From the IMG/VR virus record IMGVR_UViG_3300012930_000005, positions 1 through 55,116 of that record: 55,116 bases of DNA. One strand, given 5' to 3'. Every line of letters starts with the position of its first letter. The first letter of the stretch is position 1. The position numbers were made by a program, and so were the translations under genes. Below the pieces are notes generated by a model. The model ran no database searches, was not told the origin of the DNA, and saw only the letters and a program-made list of their open reading frames with translations. Source of the stretch: a virus (taxonomy: Duplodnaviria; Caudoviricetes). This document shows positions 17,223-26,288 of the stretch, piece by piece.

Positions 17223-17440
17223 TGTGCATCGTCCGATTGGGTGAACACACCTTCAGTGCAGACCTCATCACCTGCATGAAAAAGGGAGACAAGAAAGGCA
17301 CCACGCTTGTGTGGGTTGCCGGTCAGTCTGCCATCGATGGCAATTTCATTGTGGATGAAGAGCATGACACGGCAGTAGACTTGTGGCTTAGGGCTCTGCA
17401 CGGTGAAGACGAAGACGAGGAGGAAGACGATGCCAGCTAG
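17222..17440 (+). CDS. Hypothetical protein with acidic tail
   Basis: TAATG coupling; 72 aa. Confidence 0.65.
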   Translation: MCIVRLGEHTFSADLITCMKKGDKKGTTLVWVAGQSAIDGNFIVDEEHDTAVDLWLRALHGEDEDEEEDDAS

Positions 17441-17606
17441 CGAAGTGATGGACGACTTCAAAGAAGGAAAGCTCCACAGCGGTAAATCGGGGAAGATCGT
17501 CAAGAACAAGAAACAGGCCAAGGCCATCCAACTCAGCTACCTCCGCAAGGAAGGTAAGATCGGTCCACGCAAGCCTTCGAAGAAGAAGAAGCAATACAAA
17601 CGGTGA
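17430..17606 (+). CDS. Small basic protein, DUF6496-like
   Basis: VMDDFKEGKLHSGKSGKIVKNKKQAKAI matches the recalled family signature; RBS gaggagg. Confidence 0.75.
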   Translation: MPASEVMDDFKEGKLHSGKSGKIVKNKKQAKAIQLSYLRKEGKIGPRKPSKKKKQYKR

Positions 17607-17609
17607 TCG

Positions 17610-18956
17610 ATGCCCTACACGTACCTGACCTTCGCACAGGCTCGGCAGCAACTCGCATCTAAGCTAGCAGATGAGGGAAACGTTAGATGGACCGACACCG
17701 AAAATAGGTTCTACATCTACGAAGCGTTGAGAATGTGGAACTGCCTTACTGCTACGTGGAAGACGGACTGGTCTTTCAACTTCAATACCGGTACTACCGT
17801 TACATGGATCAATTCCGGCACCGGACTTCCAGGCAATCCTTCTCCTCGTCTGCAGCAAGTCACCTACGGCCAGCTCTATCAGATGATGCAGTACCATCTC
17901 CAGCAGCCAGCTTCCGGTGAAGTGTGGACAGGAACGACTCAGTTCCAGATGGTAGATCTGATCGGAGCGGTGAATCGCCATCGTGCAGAGATTCAACAGC
18001 AGACAGCTTGCAACACGATCATCTTCAATCTTCCAGCAGTGTCAGATAGCAGAGCTGCGGTATTGCCGGACACGATACTTGAGGTCATCCGAGCACGATG
18101 GGTACCTGCGTTCCCGACCGATGGACCGCCTGTAACGTTGGTGCGCGATGACCGTCTTGGTGAGATGTACTACGAAGCCGGTTACGTACAAGCTCCGGCG
18201 GGTATTCCGAGTGACTACGATGTGTCGAGCGTTGCTCCGCTGCAATTCTTCGTAGACATCGCTCCGAACGTACCTGGTCGATACGAGATTGTTGCTATCC
18301 AGGCGAGCCCGGACTCAACATCACCTCCGACCACTACCGGAATCTTCATACCGGATGACTTCATCTGGGTTCTGAAGAATGGAGCGATGGCAGACATCCT
18401 CGGTCGTGAGTCAGAAGCTACCGACCGGCCGCGTGCGGAGTACTTCCAGAAGCGCTACCAGGACGGCCTCAAGCTCCTGCAGAACACCCCGTGGATACTG
18501 ACGGCGTACATCAACAACGTTCCTGTCGATACGCCCTCTCTGGTGGAGCAAGACGGCTACGCTGCTGAGTGGGATTCGAAGCCAGCAACGCTGCAGGAGA
18601 TTATCACCACGGGTATCGACTTCTTCGCTGTTGTGCCGGACATCAACAATCCGACAAGCGTAACGCTTTCCATGCTTGGCAATGCACCGTTACCAGTGTT
18701 GGACTCAGATCCTATCCAGGTAAGCCGTGATGTGCTGGAAGCGATCATCGATTACGCACAGTTTCTCGCCACGATAAAGATCGGTGGTGCGGAGTTCCAG
18801 TCAGCACTACCGCTAGAGGCTAACTTCATCAGGCTTGCTTCTATGACGAACGGCCGTCTGGTAAAGACAGGCGCATTCATCGATGTTCTGTATAAGCAAG
18901 GCGCACGGCAGGAAGACTATCAAGAGCGGTTCTCTACGAAGACACAGGAAGAATAA
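17610..18956 (+). CDS. Tail adaptor/tubular protein (two adaptor-like repeats)
   Basis: 448 aa; adaptor-type N-terminus (WTDTENRFYIYEAL); directly before the nozzle. Confidence 0.6.
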   Translation: MPYTYLTFAQARQQLASKLADEGNVRWTDTENRFYIYEALRMWNCLTATWKTDWSFNFNTGTTVTWINSGTGLPGNPSPRLQQVTYGQLYQMMQYHLQQPASGEVWTGTTQFQMVDLIGAVNRHRAEIQQQTACNTIIFNLPAVSDSRAAVLPDTILEVIRARWVPAFPTDGPPVTLVRDDRLGEMYYEAGYVQAPAGIPSDYDVSSVAPLQFFVDIAPNVPGRYEIVAIQASPDSTSPPTTTGIFIPDDFIWVLKNGAMADILGRESEATDRPRAEYFQKRYQDGLKLLQNTPWILTAYINNVPVDTPSLVEQDGYAAEWDSKPATLQEIITTGIDFFAVVPDINNPTSVTLSMLGNAPLPVLDSDPIQVSRDVLEAIIDYAQFLATIKIGGAEFQSALPLEANFIRLASMTNGRLVKTGAFIDVLYKQGARQEDYQERFSTKTQEE

Positions 18957-21900
18957 TGGCGCGAGCGCAGGACTACAAACGGGAACAAGACGGAATCCGG
19001 TTTGCCCTCAAAGGCATGAACACCATCCTTCCGCCTGACGCACAGCCGCAGGGTAAGTTCCCATATCTGCAGAACGTCAGATCCTATCGAGGGAACCAGG
19101 CGCGAGGACGAGCGACACAGTCAACACCGCTCTTCGCTCTTCCGGCTCCAGTACATACCCTGCGTCGAATGAACGACCTTACACCCGCAGGGCCGGTTGG
19201 AGGGTTCACCATCATCGGGGGCGCTGGTGGTGGACTCTTCAACAACGCAACGCAGGTTGATTCCGGTTATAGCGGCAACCCGCTATCGTTCGTTCCGTTC
19301 CGGCCGAACCAGAGTGTCCAACCTTGGATGTACGTCGCCGACTCTCTGAAGATGTCCAAAGTACGCTCAGACGGTCTTACGTACAAGGATGGCGTAGCAG
19401 AGCCTCAGGCGGCTCCGGTAGTAGGAACAGAGAACACCACGGTTTCAGGCAGCGTGTTCGTACCTGGTACGACGATGCCGTGGCTTACAGCCGGTGGTCA
19501 GAACCCAAGCTATAATTACGGAGCTGGCGGCGGTACCGGACCAGTGTCTATTACAGCGGCCGCTGGCACCACGATTACGCTCACGGCGTCCGGTACCGTC
19601 AACACATCCTACGGCGTAGGACAAAGCCCAGGGAGCGTAGGGCCGGTCACCTCGAACAGTCCAGGGTTCTTTGTACCAGGTGGAAGCTGCAGAGTGCTCT
19701 GCGGAGCGTTCACAGATGCCTCTGGCAACGTCATTACGCCGACTGTGGGCAGTGGACCTGTCTCGATAGGTGCGAGCGCGTCCTTTCTCGTCCCAGTAGG
19801 AGCTACAAAGCTTCAAATCGGTATAGACGACACGGCCTACGGATCAAACAGCGGCACGTTCACCGTGAACTACACGGTGACGACTTCTGCTATTACAACC
19901 GTACCGGCGCTTATTGGGGATGTGACGGTCTACTACTGGGGAGACTCTCCGCACTCGGGTCCGGTAGCGCAGTACATCTGGAAGAATGTATCGGATAGCG
20001 GTGGATCTGGACCGGTCAGAAGCATCTCTGATGCTGCAGGAACTACCACCGGCAACTCACTCATCTTCGATTCGACTCCAAGTGCAGGTTCGAGCCCAGT
20101 TGCATGGTCAGTCTTCGATAGCACCGGCACAATCACCGGAACGAAGTCTCTGTTTCAGCCAGCTCTAGAGAGCCAGGGGTACCAGGATTTCAATGCGACT
20201 GTACAGGCAACGCTGTTTATCCCTGCAGCGGGTACGTACAGCGTCAACATCACGTACAAAGACAACATCCTTTGGGGTATCGGAAACAACGCCAACTGGC
20301 CTAGCCGTGGTTCGGTGGTTGGGACATCAGGACAGAGTGTCACAGTCCTCGATAGGCTTCCTCTTCTACCGGCACCAACCATCTCCGGTAACGGTGGTGT
20401 GATCGGTAGCTCTACGGTAGCCGTCACCTTCCCCGGTGCAGGATCTTATCCGATTGAGTTGAACTGGGACTACTGGTTCCATAGCGGTAGAACGTTGGTT
20501 GTTACGATCAACGGCCTGAATCCAGCACCGCTCTCGAACACGGTAAAGACGAACGTCCAGTACCGCTACATCTATCGCTCCTCTATCACCGGAGCTTTGT
20601 CGAATCCTTCACCGGCCAGCGCACAGCAGCAAGTGCCGGTTCAGGCAAATACGGTAACACCGGCATTCTCTACTGATCCGCAGGTAGACAAGGTTGACTA
20701 CTACCGCATCGATTCGAGTGTCGATGATTACACCTATGTCGGCACCGGACCGAACACGAATCCTCCGACGCCGTTCACGGATGCAACGCTCGATTCGGAC
20801 ATCTCTGGAAACCCGATTCTGCAGCTCGACAACTTCGAGCCGTTCCCGTCTATCGATCTACCGAAGAAGGGGGTAATCAACGTCACCTCCGGCATCGCAA
20901 CATGGGTGAGCGGTGACCAGTTCAATATCCGCTGGCTACCGGGAACGATCATCAACTCAGGTGGTATCAACTACGTCTTTGATCGTCGGCCGACATCGGC
21001 AACCTCGCTCACTGCAGTAGGGATTACAGACGGCATCAACTTGCCGTATGAAATACGACAGCCCAAACTGGCCGCACAACCGATGCCATCCATGTGGGGG
21101 CCGACTGACGAAGCTGCATACATGTTTGCGTGCGGTGATCCTCTGCGTCCAGGGACGTTGTACTTCACAAAAGGCAACAACCCTGACTCCGCACCGGACA
21201 CAAACCAGATCGAGATTACGAGCCCGTCAGAGCCTCTGATGAACGGCATCATTCTTGACGGAAACGGCATGGTGTTCTCGACAGAGAGAGCATGGGACTT
21301 GTATCCGAACTTCACTAGCGCTACGGCTACGGTTACAGGCGTTCTGGGAAGCGCGTTCAGGCCGATTGAAGCGATCAGTGATCGAGGTCTGTACATCCGC
21401 AACGCGATCTGCACGGATGGAGGAAAGAGAGGCTTCTTCCGCGCTAAGGATGGTATCAGTGCTTGTGTTGCGAGTGGTGGAACTCAGTCGATCAGCGATG
21501 GTGACATCTGGAACCTCTTCCCGCATGAGGGATTCAAGCCAACTGCGATCACCCTGGGCGGGTTCACCGTGTTCCCACCAGACGATACCAAGCCAGAGAA
21601 GCAATCGATGCGCTTTGGCAACGGATATCTCTACTACGACTATCAGGATGTGAATGGCAACCCGCGCACTCTTGTCTATGACGTAGTGATGGGCGGATGG
21701 AGTGTGGATGTCTACCAGTTCGTCGTAACGACGCATGAGGTGGAGGAAGGTCCAAACATCAACGGAACGTACACAGGGTGCAACGACGGCTCTGTACGCG
21801 TCCTGACGAATAACGGTGTAGAAGTAGCTACATCAGTGATTCTCACCGCAAGCTTCAACGGCGGCGAGGCGAGAGCGAACAAGATGTTGGGAGATGTTTT

Positions 21901-22801
21901 CGTCAGGGCTCAGGTTGATACCTCGGCTCCGGTGAACTTCTCTGTACTCGCAACACAGAGCCGCGAGCTTATCCTCGGAATCACCCCGCCTAACCTGACG
22001 GGAAACGGAGCGCTGCAGGACTTCATCCTCGACTTCGCTGATGGTGGACCAAGAGACATCAGAGATGTATCGATGCTGTTCCAGTGGCCTACGGTCAACA
22101 GCACCTACCTCGATCTATGGCAACCGGACTGGGTTCCACAGCCGGAAGTAACGCAGGATCGGCCGACAGATTGGGACGATGCTGGATCACAGGGAAACAT
22201 GTTCATCCAGGGGATGCTTCTGGAGTGCAACACCTTCGGCCGACCGAAGAGCTTTGCACTGCAGTCCTCGGATGACAACAGTCTCCACTTCCCAGATCAG
22301 AACCCGATTACGACAAACGGACAGACGAAGGTAGCCTTGACGTTCACGCCTCCATTCGTGGCGCACAGCTATCGCATCGTTTCGACTGATGGAGTGCCGT
22401 GGAGAGTCTTTAGCTCAAGCCTCAAGTACTCGGCTTATCCCGAGTCAACGACTGAATGGCAGACAGAGTTCACTTCGCACGGTATGGATGGATGGTTGTC
22501 GATCTTGCCGGTCATCAATATCGCGCATAACTCGACAGCAGATCTTACGCTGACGCTGGTGTTCGACCACTGGCCGACGATAGTGCTGAACGTACCGAAC
22601 TCAGGTGGCGTGCAGAGGAAAGACAAGATTGTTGTTCCAATCAACAACTTCAAACTGGTTAGCTATCGCCTGAACTCCAGTGCTCCATTCGCACTTTTCG
22701 CTAGCCAATGCGAGGTAAAGATAGGACAATGGGGTCGTAGCAGCCTTGCGCGTGTAGTTACACCGTTCGGTGGCCCAGACGAAACGAAGGCAGAAGTGTA
22801 G
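18956..22801 (+). CDS. Tail nozzle/DNA stabilisation protein (P22 gp10-like) with inserted carbohydrate-binding-like domains
   Basis: 1281 aa, beta-rich; start FALKGMN...LQNVR; motifs TLYFTKGNNPDS and RTLVYD...WS; synteny. Confidence 0.65.
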   Translation: MARAQDYKREQDGIRFALKGMNTILPPDAQPQGKFPYLQNVRSYRGNQARGRATQSTPLFALPAPVHTLRRMNDLTPAGPVGGFTIIGGAGGGLFNNATQVDSGYSGNPLSFVPFRPNQSVQPWMYVADSLKMSKVRSDGLTYKDGVAEPQAAPVVGTENTTVSGSVFVPGTTMPWLTAGGQNPSYNYGAGGGTGPVSITAAAGTTITLTASGTVNTSYGVGQSPGSVGPVTSNSPGFFVPGGSCRVLCGAFTDASGNVITPTVGSGPVSIGASASFLVPVGATKLQIGIDDTAYGSNSGTFTVNYTVTTSAITTVPALIGDVTVYYWGDSPHSGPVAQYIWKNVSDSGGSGPVRSISDAAGTTTGNSLIFDSTPSAGSSPVAWSVFDSTGTITGTKSLFQPALESQGYQDFNATVQATLFIPAAGTYSVNITYKDNILWGIGNNANWPSRGSVVGTSGQSVTVLDRLPLLPAPTISGNGGVIGSSTVAVTFPGAGSYPIELNWDYWFHSGRTLVVTINGLNPAPLSNTVKTNVQYRYIYRSSITGALSNPSPASAQQQVPVQANTVTPAFSTDPQVDKVDYYRIDSSVDDYTYVGTGPNTNPPTPFTDATLDSDISGNPILQLDNFEPFPSIDLPKKGVINVTSGIATWVSGDQFNIRWLPGTIINSGGINYVFDRRPTSATSLTAVGITDGINLPYEIRQPKLAAQPMPSMWGPTDEAAYMFACGDPLRPGTLYFTKGNNPDSAPDTNQIEITSPSEPLMNGIILDGNGMVFSTERAWDLYPNFTSATATVTGVLGSAFRPIEAISDRGLYIRNAICTDGGKRGFFRAKDGISACVASGGTQSISDGDIWNLFPHEGFKPTAITLGGFTVFPPDDTKPEKQSMRFGNGYLYYDYQDVNGNPRTLVYDVVMGGWSVDVYQFVVTTHEVEEGPNINGTYTGCNDGSVRVLTNNGVEVATSVILTASFNGGEARANKMLGDVFVRAQVDTSAPVNFSVLATQSRELILGITPPNLTGNGALQDFILDFADGGPRDIRDVSMLFQWPTVNSTYLDLWQPDWVPQPEVTQDRPTDWDDAGSQGNMFIQGMLLECNTFGRPKSFALQSSDDNSLHFPDQNPITTNGQTKVALTFTPPFVAHSYRIVSTDGVPWRVFSSSLKYSAYPESTTEWQTEFTSHGMDGWLSILPVINIAHNSTADLTLTLVFDHWPTIVLNVPNSGGVQRKDKIVVPINNFKLVSYRLNSSAPFALFASQCEVKIGQWGRSSLARVVTPFGGPDETKAEV

Positions 22802-22822
22802 GGAACGTAAAAGGAGAAGCAC

Positions 22823-23200
22823 ATGGGCGGTATAGCGTTCGTAAATCCGGTAACAGGCGTATGGCCTTTTGGGTTCGTAGCAACAGTTGCCGCTGGCACA
22901 CCGGTTCCGATTACGGTCAACGTCGGTTCGCAGAGGCAGAAGAGTCCTCATTTGTATGCGAATAAGTGCCTACAGATCACGATCACGGCACCCACTACCA
23001 ACACCGGAGCGATCTACATCCTCAAGCCGGGTTATACCAAGACTCAGACGAATGGCCTGATAAAGAAGCTCCTTCCTGGCGACCCTCCGTTGAACTTGCC
23101 TGAAGGATTCCCTTTCCCTGGTGGACTCATGCCGGACGACCTCTGGCTTGATTCAGATACCTCCGGTGAGGGAGCCCAGGTATACGGCATCAGGGGGTAA
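22823..23200 (+). CDS. Virion structural protein (hypothetical)
   Basis: 125 aa, RBS aaggag. Confidence 0.65.
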   Translation: MGGIAFVNPVTGVWPFGFVATVAAGTPVPITVNVGSQRQKSPHLYANKCLQITITAPTTNTGAIYILKPGYTKTQTNGLIKKLLPGDPPLNLPEGFPFPGGLMPDDLWLDSDTSGEGAQVYGIRG

Positions 23201-23203
23201 GTC

Positions 23204-24178
23204 ATGGCGACAACGCCAGCCATCCCGCCAGCGTATTGGCCTAACACAGACGGTAAGGCAGAGCCGGAGGTTAGCCGCGCTCTGCGTCTCGTCTATGACT
23301 CGCTGAACGACCACAATAACGCTATCTCTGAACTCAAGTCTCAGGTGGATCTAAAGAACGGTGTAACCCCTGTAACCCCCCCTGTAACCCCTCCAGCCAC
23401 AGGCGGGGGTGGAACATCTCCAAACACCAATCTTCACCCTATCAATCTTCAGAGTTCGGATTACACGCTACAGAACGGGGATAACAACGGCCTTGTGTCG
23501 ATGAACTCTGCGGCCGCTACGACGATTACCCTGAACGCCGCCATGACCATCGGTTCTATGGTCACGCTTGAGAACATCAACACCGGACCGGTAGCGATCA
23601 CACCCTCATCTGGAACGATCAACGGGCAGACCTCGATCAGCCTCGCTCAGAACCAGGGATGCATCGTCTTCTTCGATGGGACGAACTGGTGGGGTCTAAC
23701 GACGCCGAACCCAGTAACCTTCCAGACGAACGGAGCCCTGAACGGTTCGCAAGTCCTACTCAACCTGATAGCCGGTTCAAACATCACCCTGGCCGACAAC
23801 GGTTCTGGTGGGGTCACGATCACAGCAACCGGAAGTGGTAGCGCTCCAACGATCACCACGAATGCTAATGGAACAGCCGTGGCGTTCTCCGGTGGATACG
23901 TACACCAGTTTGGAGCAAGTTCGGCATCTCCGACCGGCGTGGCTAAGTCAACGGTTGCGGTTACCTTCCCCATCACATTCGGCGGGATACCAAGGGTAGT
24001 TTGTAACGTGGACAACAACGCCGATAGTTTCGGAACGAGCGTCTTCTCCTGCTACCCTTCATCTATCACCGCAAACGGCTTTATAGCCAACTTCGCTTGT
24101 GGTGTCATCATTGGTGGATCTGGTGCAGGAAACATCACTAACGTAGTACATGCGAACTGGGAAGCTGACTTCGCATAA
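23204..24178 (+). CDS. Tail fibre protein (no signal peptide)
   Basis: DYTLQNGDN / FDGTNWW fibre domain; C-terminal gp53-like tip (HQFG...VTFPITF...ITANGF...WEA). Confidence 0.72.
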   Translation: MATTPAIPPAYWPNTDGKAEPEVSRALRLVYDSLNDHNNAISELKSQVDLKNGVTPVTPPVTPPATGGGGTSPNTNLHPINLQSSDYTLQNGDNNGLVSMNSAAATTITLNAAMTIGSMVTLENINTGPVAITPSSGTINGQTSISLAQNQGCIVFFDGTNWWGLTTPNPVTFQTNGALNGSQVLLNLIAGSNITLADNGSGGVTITATGSGSAPTITTNANGTAVAFSGGYVHQFGASSASPTGVAKSTVAVTFPITFGGIPRVVCNVDNNADSFGTSVFSCYPSSITANGFIANFACGVIIGGSGAGNITNVVHANWEADFA

Positions 24179-24188
24179 GGAGTACATC

Positions 24189-24722
24189 ATGGCGTTTCTC
24201 GGTGGATTGTTCGGTGGTCTAAGCGATGATCAGAAGAAGTCAATGGACGCTCTGTCGAATAGCGCAGGGTTCGCGTCCAATATGGGACAGAATGACCTGT
24301 CCACGGCTAGCAACTTCTTCAGCGGCATTCTCAGCAGTCCGAATAAGGCCATGAGCGTTCTTGCTCCTCAGGTGAGCAGCATCACGAACCAGGGACAACA
24401 GCAGAAGAATGTCATGGGGGAGTTTGGTGATCGCAGTGGTGGAAACACTGCAGCGGCCGCGAACATCGATGACTCAACGCATAAGCAGATCAACGATCTT
24501 ATCGCCAACCTCACGGGTACTGCGGCGACGAACCTGGGACAGATCGGAACGTCTACGTTGAACACCGGCGTAACGGCTCAGAATGACCTACTGTCCTCGG
24601 CCAATGAACAGCAGAAACAGCGTCAGGCGGCTCTATCGGGGATAGGTGGTGCTGTTGGTTCAGTAGCAGGAGATGTGTTCGCACCAGGATTGTCTAAGGC
24701 ATTTTCAACCTGGCTGAATTAG
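24189..24722 (+). CDS. Ejection/DNA pilot protein 1
   Basis: RBS aaggag; G/A/S/Q/N-rich; start MAFLGGLFGG. Confidence 0.65.
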   Translation: MAFLGGLFGGLSDDQKKSMDALSNSAGFASNMGQNDLSTASNFFSGILSSPNKAMSVLAPQVSSITNQGQQQKNVMGEFGDRSGGNTAAAANIDDSTHKQINDLIANLTGTAATNLGQIGTSTLNTGVTAQNDLLSSANEQQKQRQAALSGIGGAVGSVAGDVFAPGLSKAFSTWLN

Positions 24723-24731
24723 GAGTGAGAC

Positions 24732-26288
24732 ATGGGTTTCTTCGGTGGATTCGCTGGTGGCTTCGGTCAGCAGCTAACAAACCAGATCGATCAGAACCGC
24801 AAGTCAGAAGCGGACAAGCAGGAAGCTCTACTTGAGACTCAGGTAGCTCCTATAGCGGCACGCCTGAAAGATCCTAACCTCTCACCGGAGGACAGGAACA
24901 CTCTCAACACTCAACTAATGAAGGTGTACGGCCCCCAGAACAGCCACAAGGCGCTGGCGAAGATGAATGAGGTCTATGGAATCTCTACCGCTCCCCCTCT
25001 TGTTGGTAAAACGACCGCTACTCCCTCGGTTCCTATCGCGCTTCCTGGCGGTCCAATGGGAGCTGCAGCGCCATCGCTCGAAACTGGAGCGGGACCAACG
25101 GTTACACCCAAGCCTCCGTCCACGGTAGACGAGATTCTGGCGTCAGCTCCGAAGAGTCAGCCCAAGCCTCTACCTGGTGCGAAAGCATACAAGGATCAGG
25201 CGACCGGTAAGTTCTTCGTCTCTGCTACGGATAGTCAAGGCAAGATCGTAGCTCTTCCGATGCCGGACAACTATACGGAGAAGTCTCACGCCCAGACGAT
25301 CAGAGACGATTACAAGACTCTGACCGGCAAGGATCTGGATGCGACAGAGGACGAAGCGAAGCTCGCTATCGGCCTAAAGCCGAAGACTGGTGGCAAGCGT
25401 ACGGCTGAAGAAGAGAAGCTTGATATCTTCGCCAAGAGCCTCGGTCTAGATGATCGTAGCCAACTGTCTTTCGATCAGTTGAAGCAAGGCATATCTGAGA
25501 TATCGAAGCCTAAGTTCAAGCAGTCCGCAGAAGAGGTAAATAAGGAGATATTCGCTCGCACCATCGGCAAACCTGTGAATGAGTGGACTTCGAAGGATCT
25601 CACCCGCTACGAGAACATGCAGGGTATCGCAAAGAATCCTATCGGCGTGGGAAACCTGGCAGTCAACAACAGGCGCAACCAGCTTATGGAGAGGTCTATC
25701 GATAACGCGCAATCTAGATCGGACCTTGCTGGATTCCAGGCGATCAATAAGACTATCGAGCCCTACGTCAAGATCGGTGAGCGTGCGAAAAACGCTGAAG
25801 AGAACACGAAGAAGCCGAGCGGCCCTGGTGACTTCGAGCAGATGATGACCTTTGTTGAAGCAACTAAGCCGTCGTCTGGATTCCGCTTCTCCGATACAGA
25901 GAAGAGAACTATCGAGCAGACCAGAGGCTTGATGGATGCGGCACAGTCGAGCGTGGACAAGGTCCGGTTAGGTACATTCTTCGGTCCAGAGCAGCGCGAG
26001 ATGATGAACAACATCATCCAGACAGCGGCCGAGCAGTCGAATGACCGTATGAACCAGATCCTAGATTCGGTGAACACTCTTGCTCCGCGTGTCGGTGGTG
26101 CTGTAACTCCGAGGAGTGCAAAGGATCTGAAGGAAGGCGCTCCCAAGAGGGGCGGCAAGAATGCACCGGCGACTGGCGGGAAGAAACACTCTCTCAAAGC
26201 GGCGATGAGCCTACCATTCAACCAGGGGAAGACAGAGGATCAGGTTAGAGCGGATCTGGTAAAGCACGGCTATGAGGTGCTTCCGTAA
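24732..26288 (+). CDS. Ejection protein 2
   Basis: 518 aa helical; start MGFFGGFAGGFG; synteny. Confidence 0.6.
   Translation: MGFFGGFAGGFGQQLTNQIDQNRKSEADKQEALLETQVAPIAARLKDPNLSPEDRNTLNTQLMKVYGPQNSHKALAKMNEVYGISTAPPLVGKTTATPSVPIALPGGPMGAAAPSLETGAGPTVTPKPPSTVDEILASAPKSQPKPLPGAKAYKDQATGKFFVSATDSQGKIVALPMPDNYTEKSHAQTIRDDYKTLTGKDLDATEDEAKLAIGLKPKTGGKRTAEEEKLDIFAKSLGLDDRSQLSFDQLKQGISEISKPKFKQSAEEVNKEIFARTIGKPVNEWTSKDLTRYENMQGIAKNPIGVGNLAVNNRRNQLMERSIDNAQSRSDLAGFQAINKTIEPYVKIGERAKNAEENTKKPSGPGDFEQMMTFVEATKPSSGFRFSDTEKRTIEQTRGLMDAAQSSVDKVRLGTFFGPEQREMMNNIIQTAAEQSNDRMNQILDSVNTLAPRVGGAVTPRSAKDLKEGAPKRGGKNAPATGGKKHSLKAAMSLPFNQGKTEDQVRADLVKHGYEVLP

Noticed and set aside
23362-23394. TGTAACCCC repeat with a C7 run as a phase-variation site
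   Set aside because: It encodes a VTP-VTPP-VTPP linker in frame; no sign of frameshift
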